DNA of 64,000 nucleotides from an uncultured Francisellaceae bacterium (GTDB lineage Bacteria; Pseudomonadota; Gammaproteobacteria; Francisellales; CACEW01): NCBI GenBank assembly GCA_905612315.1, contig CAJQSL010000007.1, positions 40,652 to 104,651 of the forward strand, read 5' to 3'. Shown piece by piece: positions 63,732 to 64,000 of this stretch (position 1 is its first letter; each line of letters starts with the position of its first letter). The notes under the pieces were generated by a model. It saw only the letters and a program-made list of their open reading frames with translations, ran no database searches and was not told where the DNA came from. The position numbers and the translations under genes were made by a program.

Positions 63732-63927
63732 GGCGGCGCAGCTTCGACTCTAGACCCTTGACCGTTTAAAATCGTACTCGAATTCGAACTAACCAAGTGG
63801 GCTCCCCAGCATCTCATCAGGCTTTCTGAATTTCTCAGCATAGCACAACAGAAAATACATCAAGTGCCCTCAACTTTAAACATTAACTCAAGACGATTCA
63901 ACAGCAGAACCTAGAACGAGCCACGCC
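63732..63927 (-). ncRNA. ssrS: candidate 6S RNA
   Basis: A ~196-nt non-coding GC-enriched block folds as a long interrupted hairpin. Nested pairings are GGCG/CGCC (63924-63927 with 63732-63735), CUAGA-type helices (63911-63920 with 63741-63753) and GAAUCGUCUUGAG/CUCGAGUACGAUU (63887-63899 with 63769-63781). The minus-strand 3' part 'GGUCAAGGGUCUAGAGUCGAAGCUGCGCCGCC' resembles the E. coli 6S 3' end 'GGUUCAAGGGUUACAGCCUGCGGCGGC'. It lies upstream of and co-oriented with map-ygfA (ssrS-ygfA linkage is known in E. coli). Confidence 0.5.
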
Positions 63928-64000
63928 TAAACCTTATAATGTAAGTATAGTACATAAAAATATACTAAAACAAGTCTAGAATATAAAATAGACAAACCAA

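Noticed and set aside
63775-63795. tRNA T-arm-like 'aattcgaactaacc'
   Set aside because: No acceptor, D or anticodon arms can be built around it. The segment pairs instead with 63887-63899 as part of the long hairpin interpreted as 6S RNA.

Overview
This is a densely coding, AT-rich stretch of bacterial chromosome (roughly one-third G+C, judged by eye). I found no rRNA, tRNA, CRISPR array, transposase or integrase. All calls rest on reading the supplied ORF translations and the raw sequence; no database search was possible, so family assignments are motif-level recognition from memory.

The conserved backbone is: metG, gpmA, valS-aspS, purL-purM-purQ (with a fused PurS-like tail), glnD, trxA-rho, fumC, nadB-nadC, murA, an ABC permease/ATPase pair, the glycolytic/pentose cluster tkt-gap-pgk-pyk-fba, lptC-lptA-lptB-hpf, and 5-formyl-THF cyclo-ligase next to map. 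Three observations make me infer an intracellular Legionellales/Coxiellaceae-like gammaproteobacterium: the tkt..fba cluster, lptB abutting hpf with no rpoN, and the many host-directed-looking orphan genes. This is inference only.

About 15 orphan or accessory genes sit between the housekeeping blocks. The ones most worth a second look:
- (1) A three-gene operon at 12390-14072. It encodes a canonical-looking heme oxygenase with a eukaryote-style C-terminal tail anchor, flanked by two cysteine-cluster proteins.
- (2) Three tandem paralogues of a Gly/Ala-zipper membrane protein at 19208-21013.
- (3) A lipoprotein with a caspase/gingipain-like His...Cys dyad.
- (4) A GxSxG hydrolase-like membrane protein, an RI-type LRR protein, and several proteins with classical NLS-like basic clusters.
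- (5) A small gene broken at a C12 tract and a T8 tract.
- (6) Two families of GC-rich intergenic palindromic repeats, one of them triplicated as a 70-bp tandem array.
- (7) A roughly 196-nt imperfect long hairpin upstream of map-ygfA that I interpret as 6S RNA.

pgk is interrupted by a +1 insertion in an A-run. The C12 and T8 lesions also need a -1 correction each. All three lesions therefore need the same correction, so homopolymer sequencing error must be excluded before any biology is claimed.
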